Part shown: positions 21,845 to 22,793 of the stretch, in pieces
Layout: each line of letters opens with the position of its first letter
Numbering within the stretch: position 1 is the stretch's first letter
Program-made: the position numbers and the translations under genes
Notes under the pieces: model-generated
The model's database searches: none
What the model was told of the DNA's origin: nothing
What the model saw: only the letters and a program-made list of their open reading frames with translations
Virus record (IMG/VR): IMGVR_UViG_3300022719_000152
Span: 1-22,793 of that record
Strand: one strand, 5' to 3'
Length of the DNA: 22,793 bases
Source of the DNA: a virus

Positions 21845-22348
21845 ATGAAACCAGTACTACTTTTGTCTTTGGCCCTTGTGGCCTGCAGTGACCCCACTGA
21901 GAGCGCTCAGTCAGCAGCAGAGTACTTCGTCGCGCAGGTGAACGACGGACGATACGCTGAGAGCCTCATGAATGATGAGTTCTTGTACGAGAGGACTATG
22001 ACCTGCGTTGCCGTTGAAGCCTGTGCAGGGAAGAGCGACCCATTTGGGTTCTGCTACAGCAATGCGTACAAGGAGGGTGATAAGCATTTCAACTGCGGCC
22101 CAGCTCGCGCTGACGCGAACTGGTTCAAGTTCATCAAGGGACTACACGCCTACGCGCCCTGCACTCTCAATGAAGTCGTCGTCAAAGACGTCAGCGATTG
22201 GAATGCAAAAGCAAAGATCACTTGCGACGGGAAGAGCGACTGGCTCTACCTAGCCAAGAGGTCCGGGCGTTGGAGGTTGTCAGGAAACTACGCAACACTC
22301 CCGAAGTTACGAGGAGACGTCCTGTTGGACTCAATGGTCATGAAGTAG
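21845..22348 (+). CDS. Lipoprotein
   Basis: MKPVLLLSLALVAC signal peptide with lipobox LVAC; leader AACTGGAGAA. Confidence 0.8.
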   Translation: MKPVLLLSLALVACSDPTESAQSAAEYFVAQVNDGRYAESLMNDEFLYERTMTCVAVEACAGKSDPFGFCYSNAYKEGDKHFNCGPARADANWFKFIKGLHAYAPCTLNEVVVKDVSDWNAKAKITCDGKSDWLYLAKRSGRWRLSGNYATLPKLRGDVLLDSMVMK

Positions 22349-22353
22349 AGATG

Positions 22354-22406
22354 TTCCCACCTTCCGTTTGGAAGGTGGGGATTTACTCCTCTGACTAAAT
22401 TTAGCT
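22354..22406. terminator. Hairpin terminator between convergent genes
   Basis: TTCCCACCTTCC-GTTT-GGAAGGTGGGGA; TTTAGCT at 22400-22406. Confidence 0.7.
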
Positions 22407-22419
22407 CCCAGGCTAATAG

Positions 22420-22605
22420 CTACTTAGGACACTGATGCACAGCTTTGGCTAGGTCGGTGCATTCAGACACCTTGTGTCCTGTATCGATACACTCCGTGAT
22501 TGGGTTGTCTCCATAGTAGGCACTACCGCCTCTGCAGCCAGACATCTTGCCGAAGGTGAAGAAGGCAATCGCCACGGCGGCCATGGTGAGGAGCTCGGTC
22601 CTCAT
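22420..22605 (-). CDS. Small exported or membrane protein
   Basis: Hydrophobic N-terminus, four Cys; ATGA coupling; SD GAGG. Confidence 0.65.
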   Translation of the reverse strand: MRTELLTMAAVAIAFFTFGKMSGCRGGSAYYGDNPITECIDTGHKVSECTDLAKAVHQCPK

Positions 22606-22727
22606 GGCTGTCGTACCTCTTCTTGAGGATCAACCTTGGGGCTCTTCACATGATTGATGACCATCCAGCCCACGGCTCCGGCACCGACAGCGCCGATGAG
22701 CCAAACGAACCAGAACTTCTTCAACAT
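22602..22727 (-). CDS. Small membrane peptide (41 aa)
   Basis: SD AAGGAGGAG; MLKKFWFVWLIGAVGAGAVGWMVINHVKSPKVDPQEEVRQP. Confidence 0.7.
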   Translation of the reverse strand: MLKKFWFVWLIGAVGAGAVGWMVINHVKSPKVDPQEEVRQP

Positions 22728-22793
22728 ATCTCTCCTCCTTTACACATTTCTACGTCTCGGTCGAAGGTTCTCATGGATGGTCTCCCGATTTGA

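Noticed and set aside
1-22793. Stop-codon reassignment
   Set aside because: Recognisable genes are intact in the standard code, and TAA, TAG and TGA all end genes at tightly coupled junctions.
1-22793. CRISPR array, IS element, integrase or intron
   Set aside because: No regularly spaced direct repeats, and no transposase, recombinase or maturase motifs were seen.

Overview
This window looks like part of a large tailed-phage genome. It is densely packed with mostly short, overlapping hypothetical genes, uses the standard genetic code, and has no host housekeeping operons. Recognisable genes: a circularly permuted YkgJ/CxxCxxCC-type protein, a ribbon-helix-helix protein, an M15 endolysin with a peptidoglycan-binding domain, a stand-alone GroES, a probable tail-assembly-chaperone pair joined by a -1 frameshift, a divergent RecA/UvsX, a bacterial-type histone-fold protein with an acidic loop insert and tail, an aspartate-less receiver domain fused to a Zn ribbon, a membrane-anchored matrixin, a full-length BCS1-like AAA ATPase, tRNA-Tyr(GTA), a GNAT acetyltransferase and a lipoprotein. 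The left arm (1-9879) is one long minus-strand block. Several plus-strand units share a non-sigma70 motif (GGGATAAG-N6-GAAG and variants, 8 copies), often followed by a small hairpin, and several units end in a hairpin plus TTTAGCT. Three such units have no convincing ORF and look like small-RNA genes. The strongest candidates for new biology are the phage histone with its Lys-rich and small-RNA neighbours, the promoter/sRNA cassette pattern, and a perfect-SD Met-Arg-stop minigene after the tRNA. Family assignments come from motif recognition by eye; no searches were run. A Myxococcota-like host is an inference.
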